A DNA stretch of 64,000 nt from an uncultured bacterium. Lineage in GTDB: Bacteria; Eisenbacteria; RBG-16-71-46. The translations under genes were made by a program, and so were the position numbers. Under the pieces are notes generated by a model. It made no database searches, had not been told where the DNA came from, and worked only from the letters and a program-made list of their open reading frames with translations. Location of the stretch: contig CAYSWZ010000007.1 of NCBI GenBank assembly GCA_964434945.1, forward strand, positions 12,593-76,592. The letters are read 5' to 3'. The stretch's first letter is position 1. Each line of letters begins with the position of its first letter. Below, piece by piece: positions 39,268 to 49,390 of this stretch.

Positions 39268-40842
39268 ATGCGCGTTTACGGCCGATACTCGGGTACCGTG
39301 GGACGCCAACGACCGTTCTTCCGCTCGCTCCTGTTCAAGAAGGCCGTGCGCGCCGCCTGGAAGATGGCGCGCAAGGTCCTGCTGAGCGGCGTCCTGCTCA
39401 GCTTTCTCGGCCTGTGCCTGCTGGGCTACCTGGTCGGGCGCGACGAGGTCCCCCACCCGGTCCCCGTCCCCATCCAGCAGATGTTCGACAATCTCCAGGT
39501 CTACTCCTACAAGGACACGCCGTCCGACACGAGCTACCACTTCGTGGTCGAGCTCACGGCGTTCGGCAAGACGTTCGCCGAGTACGACGTGGACCAGCGG
39601 CGTTTCCTCACCTCGGGCTTCGGGCGACGCTACGACCGCGCGTTCAGCGGCGCGCACTACACGCGCTTGAAACTGCGCGGCCATTCGGGCGAGGGCTGCT
39701 GGATCGCAGTCCCGGACTCGAGCAGCCTCGCCATGTCGCAGGGCCAGTTCGACGAGCTCACGAAGAAGACGCTCGACTACGTCCGCCCGGTGGGCATCGT
39801 GACGAACCTGCTCGGGCTCATGTCCGGATACTCGGTGGGCTACCGGCTCGGGCTGTGGGAGGGCTCGCTCGCGAATCCCCGCGTCCAGCGGCTGCTGCTC
39901 GAGACGCCGGGCATCGCGCGCACGATCACGCGCGAGGCGTGGCGCCGGGTGCTGCTCGAGCCCGCGTACATGTCCTCGCAGCCCGACGCCGGCACGTTCG
40001 CCACCGTGCTCGAGCAGCAGCGGCTCTACAACCGTTTCTTCCTGCTCGCGCTCGAGGACACGAGCGGGTTCGTGGCCCAGGAGGCCGCGCGCCTCGATGC
40101 CGCGGGCCAGCACGAGTACGCGCAGGCCATGACCGGGTTCGCGGCCGCCGTGAGCCGGGCAAAGAACGACTCCACCGTCCTCACCTCGCACGACTTCCGC
40201 GCCATCGAGAGCTGGGCGGGCATGCTGTTCAGCCGCGGCCACTGGGCGCGCTACGTGCACGAGAACAGCACCGATGCACGCTACCGCTACCTCGGCGTCC
40301 TCGCGCACTACAACTTGAGCCCCCCCGAGGGGCCGAGCTCGATCGGACGGCACGCGCGCCAGGTGTGGGTCGGCCCGCGCGCGCTGGTGACGGTCGAGGG
40401 CGACGACGGCTACGTGGCCGACGAGATCCCGTCCTCGCCGCTCGGCTGTCCGGAGTCGTGGAAGCCGTTCCTGATGCCGGGCTCGAGCGAGAGCGAGCGG
40501 AACCTGTTCGCGGTGCGCTGGGTGAGCCCGCCGGGGGCGGAGTTTCTTCAGGTGGCGACCGCGCTGCGGAACGTGGCGATGCGCATCGCCGCGCTGGCGC
40601 GCGCGGCGCAGCACGAGCGCGAGCCCGACGCCCGCGCAGCGATCGCTGCCGGGAGGGCCGCGTTTCGTCGCCTGAGCCGGCCGGCCGCCGCTCCGATCCG
40701 GCCCCAGGTCGGCCGCCCCGCGCCCGGCGACAGCATCGCCGCGGCCCAGGACAGCCTCGCGAACCCGCAGTGGTTCGCTGCCGACACGCTGCGCGCGCTC
40801 TCCGCCCGCGACTCGGCTGCGCTGCGCCTCCGCGCGAACTGA
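39268..40842 (+). CDS. hypothetical 525-aa membrane-anchored protein encoded directly downstream of flotillin
   Basis: One TM segment (VLLSGVLLSFLGLCLLGYLV) followed by a large soluble domain with no recognisable family. Confidence 0.5.
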   Translation: MRVYGRYSGTVGRQRPFFRSLLFKKAVRAAWKMARKVLLSGVLLSFLGLCLLGYLVGRDEVPHPVPVPIQQMFDNLQVYSYKDTPSDTSYHFVVELTAFGKTFAEYDVDQRRFLTSGFGRRYDRAFSGAHYTRLKLRGHSGEGCWIAVPDSSSLAMSQGQFDELTKKTLDYVRPVGIVTNLLGLMSGYSVGYRLGLWEGSLANPRVQRLLLETPGIARTITREAWRRVLLEPAYMSSQPDAGTFATVLEQQRLYNRFFLLALEDTSGFVAQEAARLDAAGQHEYAQAMTGFAAAVSRAKNDSTVLTSHDFRAIESWAGMLFSRGHWARYVHENSTDARYRYLGVLAHYNLSPPEGPSSIGRHARQVWVGPRALVTVEGDDGYVADEIPSSPLGCPESWKPFLMPGSSESERNLFAVRWVSPPGAEFLQVATALRNVAMRIAALARAAQHEREPDARAAIAAGRAAFRRLSRPAAAPIRPQVGRPAPGDSIAAAQDSLANPQWFAADTLRALSARDSAALRLRAN

Positions 40843-40881
40843 CCGCGGTCCGCAGCGCCCCGGCGCGGCTCGCCCTCACGC

Positions 40882-40919
40882 GGGCGCGGCCGCAGCGGGC
40901 GCGGCCGCAGCGGGCGCGG
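40882..40919. repeat. 15-bp tandem direct repeat (gggcgcggccgcagc), about 2.5 copies
   Basis: Perfect copies at 40882-40896 and 40897-40911, then a partial third copy. Intergenic. Confidence 0.6.
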
Positions 40920-41028
40920 ACCGGCGCGGCCGGGGCGACCTCCCCAGCCCCCCGGGTACGAGTTCCGTTCCCGACCGGCGCGCGCCTCGCGCATGAGGCA
41001 TGATGGAATGCCCCTCCGAGGAGGACGC

Positions 41029-41853
41029 ATGGCGCAGGAAACACCCGACAAGGACTACGTGCTCGGCACGCATGACGACGAGATCACCCGGCTCGGACTC
41101 CAGCATCGCGTCTGGCGTCCGCTCGCGAGCGATGCGTGGCGTCGTGCGGGGTTCACGGTCGGGCAGACGCTGCTCGACGTGGGCTGCGGGCCCGGTTACG
41201 CGACCACCGACCTGGCCGCGATCGTCGGCGACAAGGGGCGCGCCGTGGGCGTGGATCGTTCGCGCCGCTTTCTCGACGCCGCGGCCGCGCGCGCACGCGC
41301 CCTCGGCCTCGGCAACGTCCAGCTCCACGAGCTGGACCTCGACGAGCAGCCGCTGCCCGTTCGCCGGGTGGATGGGGTGTGGTCGCGCTGGGTGTACGCG
41401 TTCGTCAGGGACCCGCGCGCGCTGCTCGCGCGCGTGGCCGGCGTGGTCCGCCCGGGCGGCGTCATGGTGCTGCACGAGTACGCGGACTACCGCGCCTGGC
41501 GCCTGTCCCCGCCGGCCCCTGAGTTCGCGTGGTTCGTCGGCGAGGTGATCGCGTCGTGGCACGAGCACGGCGGCGAGCCCGACATCGGGATGGAGCTGCC
41601 GCGCTGGCTGGTCGAGCTGGGCTTCCGGATCCGCGAGCTTCGCCCGCTCGTCCAGGCGACGCAGCCGCACGACTACTTCTGGCAGTGGCCGAACGCGTTC
41701 GTGGAGGTCGGGCTCCAGCGACTCGTGGACCTCGGGCGCGTGGACCCGGCGCGCGCCGAGGGAGTGCGACGCGCGTTCCGCGACTCGCAGGCGAGGCCGG
41801 GAGCGTTCCAGCTCACCCCCACGGTGATCGAGGTGATCGCGGACAAGGGCTGA
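41029..41853 (+). CDS. class I SAM-dependent methyltransferase
   Basis: Motif I LLDVGCGPGYAT, plus ...VRPGGVMVLHEY.... Confidence 0.7.
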   Translation: MAQETPDKDYVLGTHDDEITRLGLQHRVWRPLASDAWRRAGFTVGQTLLDVGCGPGYATTDLAAIVGDKGRAVGVDRSRRFLDAAAARARALGLGNVQLHELDLDEQPLPVRRVDGVWSRWVYAFVRDPRALLARVAGVVRPGGVMVLHEYADYRAWRLSPPAPEFAWFVGEVIASWHEHGGEPDIGMELPRWLVELGFRIRELRPLVQATQPHDYFWQWPNAFVEVGLQRLVDLGRVDPARAEGVRRAFRDSQARPGAFQLTPTVIEVIADKG

Positions 41854-43755
41854 CTACGGCTGCGGCGGAGCCCTCGTCGCCGGCGCGAGTCCCTGCGCCC
41901 GCAAGCGCTCGACCACGCTCTGGCGCATCACCACCGCGGCCTTGTAGCCCGGGTACCAGAAGAGGAGCGTATCGAGCTGGGCCAGCGACTGGGTCCACTC
42001 CTCCCGCCCGTTGTAGAGCGCCGCGAGCGTCAGGTGGCCGTCGGCGTTCTCGGGCGCGATCGCCAGGCTCTGGCGCGCGAGGCGCTCGGCCTCGGGCAGA
42101 TGGCCGAGCGCGCCGAGGCACCAGGCCTCGAGCCCGGAGACGCGGCCGAGGAAGTGGTTCGCGTCGCGATCCTTCTGGACGTTGTCGGCGAGCCGGAGCG
42201 AGTCGAGCGCCGCCTGCCAGTTCTCGGCTCGGTCGAGCTTCCCCGCCGCGAACAGGAGCCGCAGCCCCTCGGGCTCGATGCGGCGGAACTGCGGCGTGGT
42301 CGCCTCCTGGAACTCCAGCGCGCCAGAGAGCGAGCGCGCCTCGGCGTCCGCCATCTGCTCCCAGTGGATCCAGCGGAGCGTGCTGTCGCGATACCAGACC
42401 TGGAGCGCCTTGTCTCCCCCGGCGTAGTCGGTCATGAACGGCGGGTGGAGCATCGCGACGCCGGCGCCGCGCGGGAGACGCGGGAACTGGTGCTCGAGCG
42501 TCGTGCGCGCCTCGAGCATGAGCCGCTGGAGGCGCGCCAGCCGCTCGAAATCCACGAACGCGCCGCGCTCGGGCGGGTCGCGCGTCACGCGCGGGGGCGC
42601 GCCGGGTGCGAGGAGGAACGCGACGAGTCGGAGCACGACGAGCGCCCAGGGCAGCGCCGGGTGCGCCGCCCAGAGCGTCACGGTGAGCGCCGCGCCGAGC
42701 CCGAGGCTCGCGTAGACGACGCGTTCCGGCGACCAGACCGGGTAGACGCTCAAGAGCGTGCCGGTGGCGAGCACGAACCATGCGAAGCCGGCCGCCACCC
42801 AGCCGCGCCGCGCCGCGAATCGCGCCCGCGCCGCGGGAGTGGTCGCGAACTGGACGAGCGGAGCGCCCAGCACGAGCACCGAGGCCGCGAGCACGATTCC
42901 CTCGCGCGGCTCCGCGAGCATCGGCAGGCTCGCGAGCGCGCGCAGCGTCCCGGCGATCGCCCAGCCATAGCGCGCGGGCTCGAGGAAGAGGTGCGGCGAA
43001 AGGTGCGCTTCGAGCCCGTGCGGGAGCGCCAGCTCGCCACTCCGCCGCACGAGCAGGTACGCGACCGCCCACGCCGTGGTGAGCACGCCGGTGGCGACGA
43101 GCCACGGACGGCGTGATCCCCCGGGCGGGATCCGCGCGAGCCACGGCAGGACGAGCGCCGTCGCGACAGCGGTCTCCTTGCAGAGGAGCGAGGCGAGGAG
43201 CGCGGCGAGCGCGGGCAGGAGCTGGCCGGCTTCCGCGAGTCGCCAGGCCACCACCGAGAACACGATCAGACCCAGGTCCACGAAGTGGACCGGAACCAGC
43301 ACCAGCGCGCGCGCCGATTCGAGGAGGAGCGGGAACGACGCCACCACGGCCGCCGCCGGGCCCGGGAGGTGGCGCCGGGCGATGTCGTAGAGGAGCCACA
43401 CGCACAGTGCGTACAACGCCAGGTGGAGCGCGGTGATCCAAGCCGGGTGGGTGAGGATGACGCCGTGCAGGAGCCCGTAGTAGCCCTGGTAGGCGAGCGG
43501 TCGCCAGAACGACGTCGAGCCTCCCCCGTCGAGCCACGAACCGTCGTGTGCGAAGAGCACGTGGTGCAGGTGATCGAAGTCGTCCGCGACCGGCTCGCCG
43601 AGCGGCGCGCCCAGCGAGCGCACGAACACCAGCAGCACCGCGGCGAGCGCGGTCCAGCGCCACGGGTCGGCAAAGCCCGATGGCGGTGGCGGTGCAGGAA
43701 CGGGATGGGGCTCTTGGGTCGCCGCGCGCGGCGCGGCGCGGGCAGGCCGGGCCAT
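41854..43755 (-). CDS. polytopic membrane protein with a C-terminal TPR domain (GT39/PMT-like or DUF2723/TMEM260-like glycosyltransferase candidate)
   Basis: About ten TM helices, then TPR-like ...ERLARQSLAIAPENADGHLTLAALYNGREEW.... Conserved N-terminal motif GEPVADDFDHLHHVLF....GGGSTSFWRPL. Confidence 0.55.
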   Translation of the reverse strand: MARPARAAPRAATQEPHPVPAPPPPSGFADPWRWTALAAVLLVFVRSLGAPLGEPVADDFDHLHHVLFAHDGSWLDGGGSTSFWRPLAYQGYYGLLHGVILTHPAWITALHLALYALCVWLLYDIARRHLPGPAAAVVASFPLLLESARALVLVPVHFVDLGLIVFSVVAWRLAEAGQLLPALAALLASLLCKETAVATALVLPWLARIPPGGSRRPWLVATGVLTTAWAVAYLLVRRSGELALPHGLEAHLSPHLFLEPARYGWAIAGTLRALASLPMLAEPREGIVLAASVLVLGAPLVQFATTPAARARFAARRGWVAAGFAWFVLATGTLLSVYPVWSPERVVYASLGLGAALTVTLWAAHPALPWALVVLRLVAFLLAPGAPPRVTRDPPERGAFVDFERLARLQRLMLEARTTLEHQFPRLPRGAGVAMLHPPFMTDYAGGDKALQVWYRDSTLRWIHWEQMADAEARSLSGALEFQEATTPQFRRIEPEGLRLLFAAGKLDRAENWQAALDSLRLADNVQKDRDANHFLGRVSGLEAWCLGALGHLPEAERLARQSLAIAPENADGHLTLAALYNGREEWTQSLAQLDTLLFWYPGYKAAVVMRQSVVERLRAQGLAPATRAPPQP

Positions 43756-43849
43756 CGTGGCAGTCTAGCGATGCCGCACGCTCGACGCGACCGCGCCACG
43801 GTCCCCCGGGGATGCGCCCCGACGCTGCCGGCGCGGGACGCGCCGGGCG

Positions 43850-45373
43850 TCAGCGCACCTTGTGCGGGCGCGGGTCCTTCCGCGGGAACGCGTACACCTT
43901 GCCGTCCAGCCCGCCGACGTACACGCGGGACTTGTACACGACGGGCGAGGCCGCGAAGCCGCGATGCGTCGCCCCGTCCGGTCGGTCGCACGGGAATCGC
44001 CACACGGGCTCGCCGGTGTCGCGGTCGAGCGCGAGGAGGTTCGCTTCGTGCTTCTCGATCGAGGGCGAGTAGCGCACGGCCACGTACAGGCGGTCGGCGT
44101 CCAGCGCGGGCCGTCCCCAGCTGATGCCGTGATCGTCGGATTCCCAGCGCAGCGTGCCGCTCTTCGCGTCCAGCGCGTAGATCCTGGCCGCGTCCGACGA
44201 ACCCACGTAGGCCACGCCGTCCGCGACCCGCGCGGTGGATTCGACCCACGAGAACCAGAGGTAGTGATCCCAGCGCACCTCGCCGCTCGCGGCGTCGAGC
44301 CCGAGGAGATCGTAGCTCCGGCTGCCGACCACGACGACGCCCTGCTCCGCGACCGGCGTCGACGTGACCGGTGCGCCGGTGTCGTGCGTCCAGAGCGCGT
44401 GGCCGTCGAACGAGTTGAACGCGTACACCCGGCCATCGTAGCTGCCCACGTAAACGCTTCCGCCGGCCACGCCGGGCGCCGAGAGCACCGGGCCGCCGGT
44501 GGTCGCCTCCCAGTACGTCCCTCCGGTCGCGGGGTCCAGGGCCAGCACGCGGCCCGCGTGCGTGCCGACGAACAGCATCCCGCCCGCCGCGGTGACGGCG
44601 GACGCGTAGAAGTCGTACTTCGAGCCCGGCTGGTCGATCGGCACGCGCACCACCGAGTCGGGCAGGATGCGCACGCGCCAGAGCTGCTTCCCGCGGGTCG
44701 CGTCGAGCCGGTAGAGCCAGCCGTCGTCCGACTGGACGTAGAGCGAGCTCGACACCAGCGTCGGTCGCGCGCGCAGCCGCCCGCCGGCCCTGAATCGCCA
44801 GCGCTCCCGTCCCCGCTTCGCGTCGATCGCGTGCAGGATGCCGTCGTCGCCGCCGGCGTAGACGAGCCCCGAGCCCGCCTCGAGATCCGCCCACAGCGGC
44901 GCATGCGCGTCGAACGTCCACGCGGGCGTGCGCACCGGAACGCTGAGCGGTGCGCGTGGCTCACGCGCGAGCGGCTCGCCACGCACGAGGTCCACGGCGA
45001 TCTCGTGGACCGGCACGACGGCCCGCGGCATCACGCCCCGCAGGTGCCCACCGGCGGAATCCCACGCGAACGAGAACGGCCCCGCGAACACGCTGTCGCC
45101 CGCGAGCCGCGCGGGACCGATGGGATAGTCGTAGCCGCGGATCGCGGGCAGCGTCATCCGGGCGGACATGCGCCCGCTGTCCGCCGCGACCAGCTCAAGC
45201 GCGAACCACGAGCGCGAGTCCTCGCACTCCATCTGCCCCTTCCAGTAGCCGACGAGGGCGGACCGTTGCGCCTCGGAGAGCTGCGCCCGGGCGGGCAAGG
45301 GGCGAAGCGAGGCCCCGACCAGGAGCGCGCACCCCCACGTGCAGCCGGCAACCCATGCCCCGCGTACCCGCAT
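43850..45373 (-). CDS. secreted PQQ-repeat beta-propeller protein (BamB-like)
   Basis: Signal peptide, then repeated ...G.VYVGS.DG.LYALDA.TG...W... propeller blades. Confidence 0.7.
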   Translation of the reverse strand: MRVRGAWVAGCTWGCALLVGASLRPLPARAQLSEAQRSALVGYWKGQMECEDSRSWFALELVAADSGRMSARMTLPAIRGYDYPIGPARLAGDSVFAGPFSFAWDSAGGHLRGVMPRAVVPVHEIAVDLVRGEPLAREPRAPLSVPVRTPAWTFDAHAPLWADLEAGSGLVYAGGDDGILHAIDAKRGRERWRFRAGGRLRARPTLVSSSLYVQSDDGWLYRLDATRGKQLWRVRILPDSVVRVPIDQPGSKYDFYASAVTAAGGMLFVGTHAGRVLALDPATGGTYWEATTGGPVLSAPGVAGGSVYVGSYDGRVYAFNSFDGHALWTHDTGAPVTSTPVAEQGVVVVGSRSYDLLGLDAASGEVRWDHYLWFSWVESTARVADGVAYVGSSDAARIYALDAKSGTLRWESDDHGISWGRPALDADRLYVAVRYSPSIEKHEANLLALDRDTGEPVWRFPCDRPDGATHRGFAASPVVYKSRVYVGGLDGKVYAFPRKDPRPHKVR

Positions 45374-45482
45374 CCCGGCATCCTCCCTCGACCGCGACGG
45401 CGGCGCCACGGGCGGGCTCCCAACGAAGTCCCCGCCCGACGCACGCAGCAGATCCCGACGCCGAGCGCGGGTGGTCCCGGCG

Positions 45483-46058
45483 CTACTTCTCCAGCACCCG
45501 CTCGATCCTACGATCGGGCACCAGCCAGATGATCGCGACGATCACGTAGAGCGCACACGATGCCGCCGGCACGAAGAACGCGAGCGCGATCGCGAGCGCG
45601 TAGATGCCGAGCGAGCTCAGGCCCTTGACGTCGCTGCCCACGGCGCGCGCCAGCGGCGAATCCGCCCCATGCCGGGCGATCAGCAGCTGCGACAGCACGT
45701 AATAGGCGCAGCCGGCGGACAGCAGGATCGCGCCGTACATCGCGATCGGCAGCGAAGCCGGGTAGTTCTCTCCCATCCATGCGGTGCCGACCGGGATCAG
45801 CGACAGCCAGAACAGGAGGTGCATGTTCGCCCACAGGATGCGGCCGTCCACGTGGTGCGCCGCCTGGAGCATGTGGTGGTGATTGTTCCAGTAGATGCCG
45901 AGGAACACGAAGCTGAGGACGTAGCTCAGGAAGTGCGGCAGCACCGGCCGGAGCGCCGCGAGGTCGGCGCCGTGCGGGACGCGCAGCTCCAGCACCATGA
46001 TCGTGATCAGGATGGCGATCACCCCGTCACTGAACGCCTCCAGCCGGCCCTTGTGCAT
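45483..46058 (-). CDS. TMEM175/DUF1211-family potassium channel homologue
   Basis: Signature RLEAFSDGVIAILITIMVLEL, with six TM segments. Confidence 0.75.
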   Translation of the reverse strand: MHKGRLEAFSDGVIAILITIMVLELRVPHGADLAALRPVLPHFLSYVLSFVFLGIYWNNHHHMLQAAHHVDGRILWANMHLLFWLSLIPVGTAWMGENYPASLPIAMYGAILLSAGCAYYVLSQLLIARHGADSPLARAVGSDVKGLSSLGIYALAIALAFFVPAASCALYVIVAIIWLVPDRRIERVLEK

Positions 46059-46079
46059 GCCCCCGGTTCCCTCTGCTCG

Positions 46080-46439
46080 CTAGAGACGTTCCAACCGTTC
46101 GCGCGTGAGTTCGTTCCGCACGTTGCCGGTGTTGAGCGTGCTCGCGGGTTCGAACAGCATCACCTGAACCTCGTGCTCCGCGACCGGACGATGCTCGACG
46201 CCGCGCGGCACGATCAGGAACTGGCCCGGGGACAGGTGAACGACGCGGTCGCGGAACTCGATGCGGAATTCGCCGGCCACCGCGAGGAACATCTCGTCCT
46301 CGTCGGCGTGCGAGTGCCACACGAACTCGCCCTTGAACTTGACCAGCTTCACCATCTGGCCGTTCAACTCGCCCGCGATGCGCGGATGGTAGTGGTCGCG
46401 GATGCGCGCGAAGCTGGCGGCCAGGTCGACTTTCTCCAT
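46080..46439 (-). CDS. cupin-domain protein
   Basis: ...FVWHSHADEDEMFLAVAGEFRIEF....HLSPGQFLIVPRGVEHRP. Confidence 0.65.
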   Translation of the reverse strand: MEKVDLAASFARIRDHYHPRIAGELNGQMVKLVKFKGEFVWHSHADEDEMFLAVAGEFRIEFRDRVVHLSPGQFLIVPRGVEHRPVAEHEVQVMLFEPASTLNTGNVRNELTRERLERL

Positions 46440-46642
46440 GGCGATCCTCCGTGGGCGGGTCCGGTTGGGGCGGTCGTCGGGGCGCGATGCGCCGCAGACT
46501 ATCCGGTGGCGGCCCCGGCGCGCCACGCGACCGCGGCGAGCGCCGCATCCCCGCGGGCCCGCCGCCACGACCGGGGTCACGCACGGGCCCGATTGGCGTA
46601 GTGTGTGGACGAGTCCAGCCCATTCCCCAGGAGACGGATGCC

Positions 46643-47200
46643 ATGAGAGACGTGCAGATACTCGGAATCTCCGGAAGCCTTCGCAAGGGTTCGTTCAACA
46701 CCGCGCTCCTGCGTGCGGCGGGTGGACTGCTGCCGGAGGGCATGTCGCTCACGCTCCAGCTCCTGCACGAGGTGCCGCTCTACGACGGCGACGTCGAGGC
46801 GAAGGGACTTCCGGCGGGCGTGGTCGCGCTCCGCGAAACCATCCGCTCGGCCGACGGCGTGCTGTTCTCCACGCCCGAGTACAACAACAGCATGCCGGGC
46901 GTGCTCAAGAATGCCGTGGACTGGGTGTCGCGCGGCAAGGACCAGCCGTTCGCCGGCAAGCCGGTGGCGATGGTCAGCGCCTCGAACGGCCGTTTCGGCG
47001 GCGCACGCTCGCAGGTCGCATGGCTGCCGACGCTCGCCGTCCTCGGCACGCGCTGGATGCACCGGCCGCAGTTCTATCTCGCGAACGGCCAGGACGCGTT
47101 CGCCCCGGACGGCTCGCTCGTCGACGAGCGCACGCGCGAGCTGCTGCGTGGCCTGCTCGCGTCGTTCGGGGCCTGGTGCCGGGAGCCGGTCCCGCACTGA
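46643..47200 (+). CDS. NADPH-dependent FMN reductase
   Basis: ...ILGISGSLRKGSFNTALL....DGVLFSTPEYNNSMPGVLKNAVDW.... Confidence 0.8.
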   Translation: MRDVQILGISGSLRKGSFNTALLRAAGGLLPEGMSLTLQLLHEVPLYDGDVEAKGLPAGVVALRETIRSADGVLFSTPEYNNSMPGVLKNAVDWVSRGKDQPFAGKPVAMVSASNGRFGGARSQVAWLPTLAVLGTRWMHRPQFYLANGQDAFAPDGSLVDERTRELLRGLLASFGAWCREPVPH

Positions 47201-47216
47201 CCGGCGGGCGCGCCGC

Positions 47217-49235
47217 CTAGGGCAGCGTCACGCCGAAGTGCGTGCGGTACCAGTCCACGTAGCGCTGGAGCCGGTCGCGCTGGAAGCTCGGGCGGCGGAT
47301 GTCGTGCGACTCGCCGGGATAGACGATCAGCCGCGTGTCCACCCCGAGGCTCTTGAGCGCCTGGTACATCTGCTCGCCGCCCAGCACGGGAACGTTCCAG
47401 TCGTCGGAGCCGCCGAGGAACAACGTCGGCGTGCGAATGCGGTCGGCATGGAGAAACGACGCCGACATCCGCTCCCACTTGGCCACGTCCTTCCACGGCG
47501 CGCCGAACTCCAGTTCGTACTGGGTGAAGTACTGGTCGTGGCCGAACATGCCGAACCAGTCGCCCACTCCGGCGCCGCTCGTGGCCGCCTTGAAGCGCGT
47601 GTCGGCGACGATCAGCGCGTCGGTCAGGAGTCCGCCGTAGCTCCAGCCGCCCACGCCGAGCCGCGCCGAGTCGGCGACGCCGCTCGCCACCAGCTGGTCC
47701 ACCATGCCGTGGATGTCGCGCACTTCCTTGTTGCCGTAATCGTCGAAGATGGCGAGCGTGTACGCCTTCCCACGGCCGGAGCTGCCGCGATAGTTGGGGG
47801 CCAGCACGGCCCAGCCCTGCGCCGCGAGCAGCTCGCGCTCGAAGTCGAACGAGAACGCGCTCTGGCTCGAGGGCCCGCCGTGGATGCGCACCACGAGCGG
47901 CAGGCGCACGCGTGGATCGGCGCCGGCGGGCCGGCGGAGCACGCCATGCACCTCGGTGCCGTCGTCGCTGCGCGAGGAGACGGCGCTGGCGGTGGCGAAC
48001 GCCACGGAGTCCGCCCACGCGTTGTGGTGCGTCAACTGCCGCGTGCCGCGCGCATCCACGGCGTACACCTCCGCCGGGCGCGTGGTCGAGCTGCCGATCA
48101 GCGCCAGTCCGCCGCCCGCGCGGCTCGCGATCGCGTCCGCCACGGGCACTTCGCACGGCACCCGGTCCGCGCCCGAGCCATCGAGGCGCACGCGCACGGG
48201 GTACTGCCGCATGTCGTCGGCCACGAGCCCGACGATGGCCTTCCCGTCGCGCGCCCAGCGCGAATCCGTCACCGGCCGGTCGAGCGCGGTCGCGAGCAGC
48301 CGGGGCGGGCCGCCGCCGGCCGGCACCAGCGCGACCGTGCCAAAGCCGCCGCCGTATCCGAACTCGCGGGGCTCGGTGGTCTGGCGGTAGGCGACGCGCG
48401 CGCCGTCCGGGCTCCACGACAGCGGACCCTCGTCGCTCCCCGCGAACGACGTGAGCCGGCGCGGGTTCGCGCCGGCCTTCGCCTCGACCACGTACACGTC
48501 GCTGTTCGCGGTCCGGTCCGCGCCCGGCTCGCGCATGCTCACGAACGCGATCCGCTGCCCGTCCGGGGACCAGGCGATCGCGTCGTCGTCGGCGTCGCCG
48601 GTGGTGACCTGCACGAGCGCTCGCGTCGCCACGTCCAGTGTCCAGACGTGCGTGCGCAGCGAATCCACGTAGCCCTGCTCGTCCTGCTTGAACACGATCC
48701 GGTCCACGACCACGGGCTTCACGCGGCCGCCGGCGGTGTCCGCCGGCGGCGTCGCGTCCTTGACGAGGAGCGCGAGGCGCTTCCCGTCGGGCGACCACTC
48801 GAGCGCGGTCACGCCGCCCTTCGCGTCGGTGATGCGCTCCGACTCTCCCCCGACCATCGGCAGGAACCACACCTGTGCGGACTTGGAACCTTCGCGCGTG
48901 GACAGGAACGCGAGCGTGCGGCCGTCGGGGCTCCAGCGCGGCGACGACTCCGATTCCTCGCTGGTCGTCAGGCGCACGCTCGCGCCGCCGTCCCAGCGCG
49001 TCATCCACACGTCGCTGTCGTAGCGGTCCTTCGCGCTGTCCACGTGCGCGACCGTGTACGCCACCCACACGCCGTCCGGCGAGCACTGGGGGTCGGCGAG
49101 GCGGCGGAGCCGGAACCAGTCGGCGGTCTGGAGCGGCCGGAGCGACGGAGCCGCGACCGGCGCCCCGGATGCGAATGACAGCGCGAGCACTGCGAGCACG
49201 CAGCCGCGCAGGGCTGACGCCGGGGTCGGGATCAT
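47217..49235 (-). CDS. S9-family serine peptidase (acylaminoacyl-peptidase / prolyl-oligopeptidase-like) with an N-terminal beta-propeller
   Basis: Signal peptide, WD40-like propeller, and a catalytic region with GGWSYGG (Ser), ...GGSDDWNVP... (Asp) and ...GESHDI... (His). Confidence 0.85.
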   Translation of the reverse strand: MIPTPASALRGCVLAVLALSFASGAPVAAPSLRPLQTADWFRLRRLADPQCSPDGVWVAYTVAHVDSAKDRYDSDVWMTRWDGGASVRLTTSEESESSPRWSPDGRTLAFLSTREGSKSAQVWFLPMVGGESERITDAKGGVTALEWSPDGKRLALLVKDATPPADTAGGRVKPVVVDRIVFKQDEQGYVDSLRTHVWTLDVATRALVQVTTGDADDDAIAWSPDGQRIAFVSMREPGADRTANSDVYVVEAKAGANPRRLTSFAGSDEGPLSWSPDGARVAYRQTTEPREFGYGGGFGTVALVPAGGGPPRLLATALDRPVTDSRWARDGKAIVGLVADDMRQYPVRVRLDGSGADRVPCEVPVADAIASRAGGGLALIGSSTTRPAEVYAVDARGTRQLTHHNAWADSVAFATASAVSSRSDDGTEVHGVLRRPAGADPRVRLPLVVRIHGGPSSQSAFSFDFERELLAAQGWAVLAPNYRGSSGRGKAYTLAIFDDYGNKEVRDIHGMVDQLVASGVADSARLGVGGWSYGGLLTDALIVADTRFKAATSGAGVGDWFGMFGHDQYFTQYELEFGAPWKDVAKWERMSASFLHADRIRTPTLFLGGSDDWNVPVLGGEQMYQALKSLGVDTRLIVYPGESHDIRRPSFQRDRLQRYVDWYRTHFGVTLP

Positions 49236-49390
49236 GTGCGCTAGCCTACTCAATTTGTCCGTGCTTCCCCATCCCTCGCGTGCGAGCGGGTCGTGATGGA
49301 GTAGGCTCTCCGCCGCTCCGGCGCGTCCGCCGCCCGACCCACCGGTGCACCATGACCTGCTGCACCACCGTGAAGCGAGGAGAGCTCCCC

